DNA of 64,000 bases from assembly GCA_031549365.1 (NCBI GenBank), contig JAVBPX010000004.1:46627-110626 (forward strand), given 5' to 3'. The stretch is from Alphaproteobacteria bacterium. Its GTDB lineage: Bacteria > Pseudomonadota > Alphaproteobacteria > Rs-D84. Below the pieces are notes generated by a model, which searched no databases, was not told where the DNA came from, and worked only from the letters and a program-made list of their open reading frames with translations. The position numbers were made by a program, and so were the translations under genes. How positions within the stretch are numbered: the stretch's first letter is position 1; each line of letters begins with the position of its first letter. Positions 18,634 through 28,405 of this stretch are shown here, piece after piece.

Positions 18634-19968
18634 TTATCTTGTTTTTATTTCCAAAATATCGCGGGATTTTATTGCTTCGGCCGAACCCTTGGGTAATTTT
18701 TTAACCGCACTTTCTGCATAATCTCGGGCTTTTTTCTTATCCTGTTTTAATGCATAATATTCTGCCATTGCCCACGCATAACGTCCTTCGTCACGCTCTA
18801 ATTGGTATGTTACCCCTAAAACCCAATATGCCAATGGAACATTTTGATTTTGAATTAAAACTTTTTTCGCAGATTCTTTGGCCGCAGCAACATCATTCGT
18901 ATTTCCACGACCCGCCAAAGCCAAGGCCAACGCCAATTCAATCTGATAAGATGAAACAGATTTTGGTAACAATGCCAAGGATTTTTTATATGTTTTAATA
19001 GCACCATCATAATCACCCGTTTGATATAAAATATCACCCAATAATTCATTAAAATAAGGATCATTCGGATATTTTTCAATTAATGCCTCGGTCATTTTTT
19101 TGGCCACGCTCCATTCATTTTGTCGCATTAATAAAATCGCTCGGGCATATTGCGCCGCAACACTGTTGTCATTTTTTGGATACATATAGGAAACCATATC
19201 AGAACCCAACAAGTATCCGGCCAGTTTTGCACGAACCCTGGAATACGCCAACACAGTATTCGCAGACAACGGTTTTGAATCATATTTATTATGATCAATC
19301 CAATCGCGAACATTGCGAATACGTTCGGACGTTGTCGGATGCGACAAAATGTTTGGGTTAACACGATTTTCCATAGCCAGCTGATCGTTTCCAGTTTTTG
19401 TTAAAACATTTAAAAAACCGGAATACGGCAATCCTGCCTTTTTCAATAATTCCAGCCCCGCATTATCTGCCAATCTTTCTTCGTTTCTGGAAAAAGATAA
19501 TATATTTTGTTGCGTAACACCCATACTGCCTGCAATCATACCAACGCCCGCCTGGGACGACTGACCACCAGCAATCATCATCGCAACACCCAATGTTTGC
19601 ATAATTAATGCCCCAGCCATTTCACGTTGCATACGCGTCATCATTAATGAATAATGACCACCCAACATATGTCCCATTTCATGGGCAACAACGCCCTGAA
19701 ATTCATTTGGATCCTTTAAATCAATAACCAACCCTGTATAAACATAAACGTCTTCGCCCGATGCAACAAAAGCATTAAATTGATCCGACGACAAAACGTG
19801 CAAACGAATTCGTCCGTCGGCCAATTTACCAGCACGCGCCAACGGATCAATCAGAGATGATAATACAGATTCAACCTCGGTATCAGAAATTGCTGAAACC
19901 CCTGCATACACAGGGGTCCCAATCAAACACATGATTATCGCAATTATGATCCGATAATTTTTTCCCAC
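18634..19968 (-). CDS. M48 metalloprotease with TPRs (BepA/YfgC-like)
   Basis: FNAF, GVVAHEMGH, FSRNEERLAD and SHP..SER; C-terminal TPRs. Confidence 0.92.
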   Translation of the reverse strand: MGKNYRIIIAIIMCLIGTPVYAGVSAISDTEVESVLSSLIDPLARAGKLADGRIRLHVLSSDQFNAFVASGEDVYVYTGLVIDLKDPNEFQGVVAHEMGHMLGGHYSLMMTRMQREMAGALIMQTLGVAMMIAGGQSSQAGVGMIAGSMGVTQQNILSFSRNEERLADNAGLELLKKAGLPYSGFLNVLTKTGNDQLAMENRVNPNILSHPTTSERIRNVRDWIDHNKYDSKPLSANTVLAYSRVRAKLAGYLLGSDMVSYMYPKNDNSVAAQYARAILLMRQNEWSVAKKMTEALIEKYPNDPYFNELLGDILYQTGDYDGAIKTYKKSLALLPKSVSSYQIELALALALAGRGNTNDVAAAKESAKKVLIQNQNVPLAYWVLGVTYQLERDEGRYAWAMAEYYALKQDKKKARDYAESAVKKLPKGSAEAIKSRDILEIKTR

Positions 19969-21758
19969 AGGCTTTCCTTGGGCTTGTTTTGTTTATTATT
20001 GCCATTGTGATTATTTCCCCTCTTCACAGGCTTTTCACGACGAGTCGGAGTTTCAGAAACAACCTTTTTGACCTGTTGATGCTGAGGATCGCGCTTACGA
20101 ACATTTGTAACCGGCTGATGGGTTTTTAATTGTTCTTCGGCTTTTATCTCGACACCAACACGCTGAATTTGATATTGATTAATATGCATTAACGAATCAT
20201 CTGCCAATATAACAATATCAGTGTTGTATTGATCTTGTAATGATTGCAAATCTGCGCGTTTTTGATTCAATACATACATTGCAACGTCGGACGGCACAGA
20301 AACAATCATGCGTTCGGCTGGTTTTGCCATTAATTTTTCCTGTAAATGACGCATTAAAATAACGGACGCAGTTTGAACTGATGGGACAACCCCAGTCCCC
20401 GAACAATACGGACATGTTACATACGATGATTCAATAAAGCTGGAACGCAAACGTTGACGCGACAACATCAAAACACCAAAATTATTAATACGCCCTACCT
20501 GAATACGGGCGCGATCACGTTTTAATACTTCGCGCATTTTTTGCTCGACCCGATTATTATTTTTTTCTTCGTCCATATCGATAAAATCCACGGCAACGAT
20601 ACCTGCCAAGTCACGCAAACGTAATTGGCGGGCAATTTCCTCGGCGGCTTCCAAATTGGTATTTAACGCAGTTTCTTCAATACCTTTTTCTTTGATTGCG
20701 CGGCTGGAATTAACATCAATTGTAACCATGGCTTCGGTTTGATTTAAAACAATCGAACCGCCAGATGGCAATTGAACTTCGGGTCTGTGCAACCCTTCCA
20801 ATTGTTGTTCTACATCGGCATGAATAAATAACGGAGTATCCCCCATATATTCAACGATATTTTTCTTGGATATTTTGCCGTGCATTTGACGATAATAATT
20901 CATCGCAACTTCTGCCCCTGTGTGGCCTTGGATCGTTAAAACATCGTCCTTGTCCAACAAAAAATCACGAACAACACGACGTAACAACGAATCTTCGGTA
21001 TGAATTGTCGCAGGCGCCACAGATTCCAACGTTGTTTTGCGAATATCGTTCCATAACGATGTTAAATAATCATAATCTTTTTTAATTTCGACCTTTTTCA
21101 TACCAGCAGATGCAGTGCGCAACACAACCGTCATTCCAACTGGAATTTTTAATTCACGTAAAACTTCGCGCAATCTGTCGCGTTCTTCGCGATCGCCAAT
21201 TTTTTTAGAAACTCCATAACTGTTTCGTTTTCTGGAATTTGGCATTAAAACCGCAAACCGACCGGCCAACGACAAATAAGTTGTCAAAGACGCGCCCTTT
21301 TGCCCGCGTTCTTCCTTGACGCCCTGGACCAATAAAATTTGTTTTGGTTTAATAACGTCTTGGATTTTGAATTCACGTAATTTTCTTAAAAATTCTTTGT
21401 TGTCTTCACCAGCATCTGTATCGTTGTAATCGGCAACATCGCCATCTTCGTCGTCTGTGTCTTCGGCCATATTAGCATGCGCCAATTCCATTAATTTTTT
21501 GCGAGCATCCACTGGAATTTGGTAATAATCCGGATGAATTTCAGAAAAAGGCAAAAAGCCATTTTTCCCAGTTCCATAATCCACAAACGCAGCCTGTAAT
21601 GATGGTTCAACCCTGATTACTTTGGCCAGGTAAATGTTTCCTTTGATTTGTGGTTTTGTAGTTGTTTCAACGTCAAAGTCTGAAACACGCTTGTTTTCGA
21701 CCACCACCACCCGTGTTTCTTCGGCATGGACGGCATCGACATATATTTGTTTTGCCAT
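19944..21758 (-). CDS. rne: Ribonuclease E/G family
   Basis: GNIYLAKVIRVEPSLQAAFVDYG, IDVNS, DFIDM and CPYCSGTG. Confidence 0.95.
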   Translation of the reverse strand: MAKQIYVDAVHAEETRVVVVENKRVSDFDVETTTKPQIKGNIYLAKVIRVEPSLQAAFVDYGTGKNGFLPFSEIHPDYYQIPVDARKKLMELAHANMAEDTDDEDGDVADYNDTDAGEDNKEFLRKLREFKIQDVIKPKQILLVQGVKEERGQKGASLTTYLSLAGRFAVLMPNSRKRNSYGVSKKIGDREERDRLREVLRELKIPVGMTVVLRTASAGMKKVEIKKDYDYLTSLWNDIRKTTLESVAPATIHTEDSLLRRVVRDFLLDKDDVLTIQGHTGAEVAMNYYRQMHGKISKKNIVEYMGDTPLFIHADVEQQLEGLHRPEVQLPSGGSIVLNQTEAMVTIDVNSSRAIKEKGIEETALNTNLEAAEEIARQLRLRDLAGIVAVDFIDMDEEKNNNRVEQKMREVLKRDRARIQVGRINNFGVLMLSRQRLRSSFIESSYVTCPYCSGTGVVPSVQTASVILMRHLQEKLMAKPAERMIVSVPSDVAMYVLNQKRADLQSLQDQYNTDIVILADDSLMHINQYQIQRVGVEIKAEEQLKTHQPVTNVRKRDPQHQQVKKVVSETPTRREKPVKRGNNHNGNNKQNKPKESLWEKIIGS

Positions 21759-22015
21759 TGTAAAATCCTTTTATTTCATGACATTCAATTATTTTTTCAT
21801 CATAAATTAATAAATCAGAGTCCAAATTCAAATAGCGCAGGCAAAAATTCCCACGACGTTTCCGCGCAATTATACCAACGGCGGAACAGAACAGTAAAAG
21901 AGAAAAGATAGTTATCATCCCCAAAATACTCTGTATTAAATTTACAATCAGAAAAATGTTACCACCATGGAAACCAAAATACAAGATTTTTATTATTAAA
22001 TGTTTTAATAAAAAC

Positions 22016-22043
22016 TTGACAGATAATATTTTTAAACTATAAT
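22016..22043 (+). promoter_or_regulatory. sigma70-type promoter
   Basis: TTGACA-16 bp-TATAAT upstream of the ORF at 22077. Confidence 0.65.
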
Positions 22044-22076
22044 ACCCCCAGAAAACAACAATCTCAGGGGAAAAAC

Positions 22077-22928
22077 ATGTCCAAACAACTAGAAAACTTA
22101 CGCGCAAACAAAAATCCTGAACAGGCTTATGAAAACTATCGCTCGGGCTTGATTAATGATTACGTTGCTGCTATCCGAAAAAATTTAAAAACATACAATG
22201 CGGCCCAAACATTGGAATTAATTGATAAACTGAACAACAATATAGAATTGGACGAAACAGCCTGCAAAATGGCATTAAACGAATGCAACGCCAAAATATC
22301 TAAAATAATTAATGATGAATTATCAAACATATTCCATCAAATGCTGTCCGGGCAAAAATCTGCTCGCGATATTCGTGAAAACATGCACGAATATGAAAAT
22401 ATTTCCGCAATTCCAGGATTACGCGAAATGGCTTGCAAATATTGCAATGAATGGGAAAGTTTCCCTTTGATTTTAATGTTGAATTATCCAAAAGTATTAT
22501 TATCCCAATTAAAATACAATATTGATAAATATTCAGACCGAAACATCATAGATCTGCTTGAATATATGCATAATTGTGACCGAATCCCGGCCGATATCCA
22601 CCAACCAGTAATGGACACGTTAACAGAACTAGTCAAAAACGATCCAGGATTATTCAAAATATCTAATTTAATAATCATTGAAAAAACGATGTGTCGCCCA
22701 CTTTCAATTTCATATAAAAAGCCTGGAATTGGGGCATTAAAACTTATGGAAATTGTTGTATCAAGGCAAAAATTATCAAAATCAGAACTATCCCAATTGG
22801 AATTAGCCGCCGAACTGGAAAGCAAATACAAAAATATTCTGCACCTTTATAATATCAGTAAAAAGCATTTTGATAAAAAAGCAAAAATCCAAACCAAAAT
22901 TAAACAAATACTGGGCCTGGACAAATAA
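22077..22928 (+). CDS. Hypothetical alpha-helical protein (ORFan)
   Basis: 283-aa ORF with promoter and AGGGG RBS; no recognised motif. Confidence 0.75.
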   Translation: MSKQLENLRANKNPEQAYENYRSGLINDYVAAIRKNLKTYNAAQTLELIDKLNNNIELDETACKMALNECNAKISKIINDELSNIFHQMLSGQKSARDIRENMHEYENISAIPGLREMACKYCNEWESFPLILMLNYPKVLLSQLKYNIDKYSDRNIIDLLEYMHNCDRIPADIHQPVMDTLTELVKNDPGLFKISNLIIIEKTMCRPLSISYKKPGIGALKLMEIVVSRQKLSKSELSQLELAAELESKYKNILHLYNISKKHFDKKAKIQTKIKQILGLDK

Positions 22929-22991
22929 ACACAACAAATCTTGATTAGCCCAAGCGTTGCTTGATACGGCGTGTGGGATATATATGTTTTT

Positions 22992-23159
22992 TAAATCAAT
23001 CAAAATGTAGTAGTTGGTTGTGGCTTCGCCGTTTTCTGACGCGGCAGAGCATATATGAACATATGTAACCCGCGCAAAAAGCCAGAAACGCACCACCCCG
23101 GATCCCAAAATAAATCTTATTTATTTTGAGTGGGCTTATGCTGCGTTTTCATTGATTTA
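22992..23159. repeat. Stop-codon-associated palindromic element, copy 2 (with nested hairpin)
   Basis: IR TAAATCAATcAAAAtGtAG / CTGCGTTTTCATTGATTTA; core ATATA-TGA-ACATAT; abuts the TGA of the gene at 23160. Confidence 0.8.
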
Positions 23160-24587
23160 TCAAAAGACGGCTTTGACGCCCAAATGTATCCCAAACGACT
23201 GCCACACAGCCGATTTTAAAGCATCTTCAATTTTTTCAGTTTGCTCGGCAACATGAACTGTATCTGGTAAACCATCATCATCTTCGTCCAAATATTGACC
23301 ATTTTCATCAATTACAAAATAATCACCGCCGGCAACATATAATTCACCGCCAATTTTACCAATTTTGTAATAATCCATGTTTCCTTTTAATGATAATGAC
23401 CAATTATCAGATATGCGGTAACTATATTCGGCTTCGAACGCGTAACTTAAACCACCATTTGAACCTTCGTCTACAAAACTTGGATCTTGTTGCCAATCGG
23501 TACGATTCGGCCAAATACCCTCGGACGAATAATATGGCATACCAATCTGGGCATAAAAACGCAGATGGTCAACATATGTTAATTGTTTTTCAACCTCCAT
23601 CCCGATAAAAAATCCGGACCAAGTCGTATTATATTTATGCGTTGTTCCCGGCACCATAATTTCACCATCGGCACCCAAAATCACACATTCACCAAATGGA
23701 ACGCCCCAAACGCTTGGGTCCCCTGGCAATCCAGTCGGCAAACCAGCCCCTGATATTGTTCCATCACCATTAACATTTATTAATTGCAAATCTTCCGGGC
23801 CTAAACAAACCTGATAATATCCAGCCGGAATAGAAGAACCCTGGGGCACAGTAATAAATCCATCCGAATTACCATTGCCAAAAATATATTCACCATTTGG
23901 CGACAAAGCTGGGATATATGTTGCTGGATTTGGATATCTATGATCAAACATTTCCAAATCATGCTTGAATATTTCATAACCAAAGGACGGAGAAAACTTC
24001 CAACCGCCAGCATTCCAAACATGACGCCCGCCCAATCCCAAACGAAAATAATCTGTTTTACCATCTTGGTCGCCGATACTGACAGTAAATATCCCCTCAT
24101 TCGAAGCACTGCTGTAAAAAGCCTCCAAGTCATAGTCCATTGAATAACCACCAGATTCATAAAATCCGTGGCGATAATCGGCAAAAACATAAGCATCCGA
24201 ACCAAATAACGTAAAATCAGCACGCCCAGAAACGCCAATTTCATTAAAAATCATATCGTCCCATTCCAAAATGGAATTAACACCTGTTTTAAATTCAAAA
24301 TCTGCAAATTTACGACCAACAGTTAAATTCAATTCAAAATCATCTGATGGCGCATCCACTCCATTCGGGGTCATTGTATACGGCTTTACATTTCCTGCCG
24401 GGTTTGGTGTCGAAACAGTATTAACACGCTGTCCCACAACAACATCAGACGACCGATTGCCCACATAAACCTGATTTGAATTTTCCGGAATCCCATAGCC
24501 AGACTGATAATACGAAGGCGTACCCTCACGCGCGGCTGCGGCGAATGGCAACATCAAAACAGACAAAAAAGCAGCCGTTTTTTTCAA
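23160..24587 (-). CDS. Outer-membrane beta-barrel protein, possibly omptin-like
   Basis: Signal peptide from a TTG start with GGAAGG RBS; alternating aromatic strands; C-terminal IHLGVKAVF. Confidence 0.65.
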   Translation of the reverse strand: MKKTAAFLSVLMLPFAAAAREGTPSYYQSGYGIPENSNQVYVGNRSSDVVVGQRVNTVSTPNPAGNVKPYTMTPNGVDAPSDDFELNLTVGRKFADFEFKTGVNSILEWDDMIFNEIGVSGRADFTLFGSDAYVFADYRHGFYESGGYSMDYDLEAFYSSASNEGIFTVSIGDQDGKTDYFRLGLGGRHVWNAGGWKFSPSFGYEIFKHDLEMFDHRYPNPATYIPALSPNGEYIFGNGNSDGFITVPQGSSIPAGYYQVCLGPEDLQLINVNGDGTISGAGLPTGLPGDPSVWGVPFGECVILGADGEIMVPGTTHKYNTTWSGFFIGMEVEKQLTYVDHLRFYAQIGMPYYSSEGIWPNRTDWQQDPSFVDEGSNGGLSYAFEAEYSYRISDNWSLSLKGNMDYYKIGKIGGELYVAGGDYFVIDENGQYLDEDDDGLPDTVHVAEQTEKIEDALKSAVWQSFGIHLGVKAVF

Positions 24588-24688
24588 ATTTCCTTCCCTT
24601 GATATCGGCATTATATCATAAACGTCGGATTTCACACAAGTACAAAAAACACTTTACATCACGTTATAAATATTCTACTATCCCGCCT

Positions 24689-25975
24689 ATGCAACATTTT
24701 AAAAACCATTCTTCGTGGAAATCCGTATTGGCATCCCCGTTCCATAAAATTTGGCAATTGGTCAAACGCATATGGCCGGAACGCACCATCACAATTATTC
24801 AAAATGGAAACGTTGATTTTTATCAACAGTCGTCTCGCGTTCGTTTTCTCAAGGCCACGACCAAGGCCATATTGGGAATCTGGGCATTATGGTCAACATA
24901 CGTATTTGTGTATCACCGTCCAATGCTGGAACAAAAAACGCGCGAACTTGATATGGAACGCACTTTTCACGCACAACAAATGGCCGACTTGGTTATTTTT
25001 CAAAAGAAATTCGTTGATCTGCACCGTCAATTAACAACATTTGACGAACAAATTTTAAAACAAAACAAGGTTGGCAACGCAACGATAGATTCAATGTTAA
25101 AACAACGTTTGCAATGGTGGGGCGAATTGGACTATTTGCAAACCAAGATTTCAAACATTTATACCGACAATAATTATGCCCCAGATTACTTAAAGCAATC
25201 TGAATTATCGATGGAGGTTCAATTAACCCGCGAAGAAAACCGCCAATTATCGCAACGCAATTCCGAATTAGAACAATCAATGACCACAATTCATGACGCC
25301 CAAACTCGATTGATTGACAAGGTATCAAATCTTGCAAAAAACAACATTGATAACCTGGACAAAGATTTGCGCAAAATTTCTGGGACCCTGACATCATTAG
25401 GATTAAACCAAAACGCATTGGCAGAACGTGCACAACGCGCTGATCTGCCGTATTTGGGCGGAACATTCACCCCATTGGATTATTCAAAAATGAAAAACAT
25501 CGATCCTAAATATCTGGAATTGGCAAAACAGATCAATTTGTGGGAGGGGCTATCCCGAACCAAAACTATGTTACCTGTTGGGAACCCAGTTAAAAACCCG
25601 TACATAACATCACAATTTGGCGGACGCGATGATCCGTTTAATGGAACGCCAACAATGCACCGCGGAATTGATTTTGCTGGGGAAATTGGAACGCCATTAT
25701 ATGCCGTTGCCCCGGGTCGCGTAACTCAATCTGGCTGGCGCTCCGGTTACGGGAACTCTGTCGAAATTGAACACGGAATGGGCTTTACCACCCTATACGC
25801 TCACTTACAAGAAATTCGCGTCAAAAAAGGGGACTTCATAGAACCCAAGGACGTAATCGGACTGGGCGGCAGCTCCGGACGCTCAACAGGGCCACATTTA
25901 CACTATGAAATTCGTTATAATGGGCAACCATTTAACCCATACACCTTTATCAAAGCAAAACAAATTGATTTCTAA
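24689..25975 (+). CDS. Membrane-anchored coiled-coil M23 peptidase
   Basis: TM helix and coiled coil; HRGIDF, GYGN, YAHL and STGPHLHYE. Confidence 0.93.
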   Translation: MQHFKNHSSWKSVLASPFHKIWQLVKRIWPERTITIIQNGNVDFYQQSSRVRFLKATTKAILGIWALWSTYVFVYHRPMLEQKTRELDMERTFHAQQMADLVIFQKKFVDLHRQLTTFDEQILKQNKVGNATIDSMLKQRLQWWGELDYLQTKISNIYTDNNYAPDYLKQSELSMEVQLTREENRQLSQRNSELEQSMTTIHDAQTRLIDKVSNLAKNNIDNLDKDLRKISGTLTSLGLNQNALAERAQRADLPYLGGTFTPLDYSKMKNIDPKYLELAKQINLWEGLSRTKTMLPVGNPVKNPYITSQFGGRDDPFNGTPTMHRGIDFAGEIGTPLYAVAPGRVTQSGWRSGYGNSVEIEHGMGFTTLYAHLQEIRVKKGDFIEPKDVIGLGGSSGRSTGPHLHYEIRYNGQPFNPYTFIKAKQIDF

Positions 25976-25989
25976 ACAGGGGCACGATT

Positions 25990-26382
25990 ATGATTTCTTT
26001 CTTTAAAAAGCCAACAGAAAAATCAACACCAACTATTTTGGGCGCTGGCACACGTATGATCGGGGAAATCCACAACCAACACATATTACAGGTTCACGGC
26101 ATAGTTGATGGCAATATCGTGGCCGACACTGTAATTATTGGAAAAACTGGATTGGTTCACGGCAAAATCATTGCGAAACACTTATTTTTACACGGAACCG
26201 TTGATGGTCCTGCAACTGTCGAAGAAGCAACAATTTTCCCAGGCGCATCAATTTCTGGTGACCTGCACTATTTCAAATTGAATATCATCAATAACGAAAA
26301 TTTGGAATGTCGCTTAATTAAACGCACAACCAAAACGCCAAAAGATTTAACACAAACAAAACAACCAGCCAAAAGGAAATAA
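25990..26382 (+). CDS. Bactofilin (polymer-forming cytoskeletal protein)
   Basis: TILG.GT.M.GEI...LQVHGIVDGNI...VIIGKTG.V.G beta-helix; directly follows the M23 gene. Confidence 0.88.
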   Translation: MISFFKKPTEKSTPTILGAGTRMIGEIHNQHILQVHGIVDGNIVADTVIIGKTGLVHGKIIAKHLFLHGTVDGPATVEEATIFPGASISGDLHYFKLNIINNENLECRLIKRTTKTPKDLTQTKQPAKRK

Positions 26383-26384
26383 AC

Positions 26385-26909
26385 ATGACACACCAATGCA
26401 AACACGACCATTGTTGCGGAAACCATGAATGCGGCTGTAAAAATAATTCCGAATATTCTGTATCGAACAACAATATTTCAAAATTGTATATTGCATCTGA
26501 CCACCGAGGCGTTGGATTAAAACACTATTTGCGTGAAATGTTGGATCAACGCGGTGTATCCCCAATAGATTTAGGAACCGACAACCCAAACGAAATGGTT
26601 GATTATTCAGACATTGCAAACATATTGGCAAACGCAATGCTGGGCGATACAAACGCACGTGGAATTTTAATCTGCGGCACCGGTGCCGGCATGTTAATTG
26701 CAGCCAACCGTTATCGCCACATTCGTGCATCTCGTTGCGACACCCCGGACCAGGCTCACAACGACAGATATCATGACGACATCAACGTTATTGTATTCGG
26801 AGCAGATGACATAGACCCTGAAAACGCATTAATTTGCACCCAAGAATTTTTAACATCTGAATTTGACGCAATTGAACGCCGCATCCGCCGAATTGAAAAA
26901 ATGTCCTAA
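26385..26909 (+). CDS. rpiB: Ribose-5-phosphate isomerase B
   Basis: IASDHRG, VDY, GILICGTGAGM.IAANR and RRIRRIEK. Confidence 0.93.
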   Translation: MTHQCKHDHCCGNHECGCKNNSEYSVSNNNISKLYIASDHRGVGLKHYLREMLDQRGVSPIDLGTDNPNEMVDYSDIANILANAMLGDTNARGILICGTGAGMLIAANRYRHIRASRCDTPDQAHNDRYHDDINVIVFGADDIDPENALICTQEFLTSEFDAIERRIRRIEKMS

Positions 26910-26939
26910 TAGAATCAAAACCTCACTGAATTTTAAACG

Positions 26940-26961
26940 ACTCGCCGACGGGCGAGTTTTT
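26940..26961 (+). terminator. Intrinsic terminator
   Basis: ACTCGCC-GACG-GGCGAGT-TTTT. Confidence 0.8.
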
Positions 26962-27027
26962 ATTACAAGAATTGCTTGACAAATATAAATAAACAGATAA
27001 CCTTGTCCATAAACCCAGGCTTATCAA

Positions 27028-27552
27028 ATGAAAACCAAAAAATTATTCTTTTTAATATTATTGGCATCTGCACTTACAGCTGGCAATTTTGCAAATGCGC
27101 AAACGTCATCCAAACGCGAAATTAAAAAAACAGCAAAAATCAAGCGCAAAATGACGGACGCATATTATACCATCCTGTATAAAAATTACGACATATCTGA
27201 TTATAGAAATCTAGGCATGGAATACGATGCAAATGACACAACTGAAATAAATCAACTGTATGAAATAATTCACAAATCTTACCCTTTCCGTTTTGTAACA
27301 TATTTTGGCAAAAACACATCCGATGAACGAATTGCAATTTTTTACCGCGATTTATTGATATTTTCAAATTTAATCGAGTATGAATTTATTGATTTCAAAC
27401 CATTTACTGATAAAAAAATTCGCAATAATAGCTTCAGCTATACAATGAAAATTTATAATGAAACCGGTGAAATGGTTGTCGATTTGTATGAAGTGTTAAA
27501 ATACTATGAACGACTTGATAAATATTTGTCCAAACACAAAAAAAACCGATAA
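27028..27552 (+). CDS. Hypothetical secreted protein
   Basis: Signal peptide ending ANA; TTGACA upstream and its own terminator. Confidence 0.75.
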   Translation: MKTKKLFFLILLASALTAGNFANAQTSSKREIKKTAKIKRKMTDAYYTILYKNYDISDYRNLGMEYDANDTTEINQLYEIIHKSYPFRFVTYFGKNTSDERIAIFYRDLLIFSNLIEYEFIDFKPFTDKKIRNNSFSYTMKIYNETGEMVVDLYEVLKYYERLDKYLSKHKKNR

Positions 27553-27578
27553 AAAAACCCGGATAATTCCGGGTTTTT
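27551..27578. terminator. Bidirectional terminator
   Basis: AAAAACCCGGA-TAAT-TCCGGGTTTTT. Confidence 0.85.
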
Positions 27579-27581
27579 AAT

Positions 27582-28301
27582 TTATTTTACTGCATCTATT
27601 ATCGGTACAAAATCATCAATCCTCAACGAAGCTCCGCCAACCAACACTCCTTGAACATTTTCTGTTTCCAAAATCTCACTCGCGTTTGATCCCTTGACCG
27701 AACCACCATATAAAATTTTGGTATCCGACAATCCCATTGAACCCAACACGGTCGCAATATGTGCATGAACTGTTTTCACGTCATCAACCGTCGCGACCAA
27801 TCCCGTACCAATCGCCCAAATCGGTTCATATGCGACAACAACGCCCGGCGCGACAAATACAGATTCACGAACTTGTTTTTCAATAACTGATAACGTTTGC
27901 CCGGACTCTTTTTCGGATTGCGTTTCTCCAACACAAATAATCGGTGTCATGCCAGATGCAAATACCAACATAGCCTTTTGTTTTACCATTTCATTTGTTT
28001 CATTATGATATTGGCGACGTTCTGAATGCCCAACAATCACATATTTGGCGCCACAATCGCGCAACATTTCAACCGACACTTCGCCAGTATATGCACCAGA
28101 TTCATGAATTGAACAATCCTGGGCCCCAACTGAAATTTTATCCGCACACATCATCGCCGCAGCCATTGTAATATACGGATATGGCGGACAAATAACTACA
28201 TCCACATTTTTTACATTAAAATCCACCAATCCCATAATCATATCGTGCAACAAAGCCGCGCTTCCATTCATTTTCCAATTACCAACTATTAATTTTTTCA
28301 T
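27582..28301 (-). CDS. tpiA: Triosephosphate isomerase
   Basis: GNWKMNG, GHSERR, AYEPIWAIGTG, LYGGSV and LVGGASL. Confidence 0.98.
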   Translation of the reverse strand: MKKLIVGNWKMNGSAALLHDMIMGLVDFNVKNVDVVICPPYPYITMAAAMMCADKISVGAQDCSIHESGAYTGEVSVEMLRDCGAKYVIVGHSERRQYHNETNEMVKQKAMLVFASGMTPIICVGETQSEKESGQTLSVIEKQVRESVFVAPGVVVAYEPIWAIGTGLVATVDDVKTVHAHIATVLGSMGLSDTKILYGGSVKGSNASEILETENVQGVLVGGASLRIDDFVPIIDAVK

Positions 28302-28405
28302 ATTTTCATCCCTTGGTTTTAACCAACAAATCATTGCATTTTTTGCTTGTTTACGCAACTGATTTTTGCTATAACAAACATACTTGAAAACCAAAAGGAT
28401 TTGAA

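Noticed and set aside
24689-26382. M23 peptidase-bactofilin pair as a novel system
   Set aside because: This is an already described cell-shape module in alphaproteobacteria and other bacteria.
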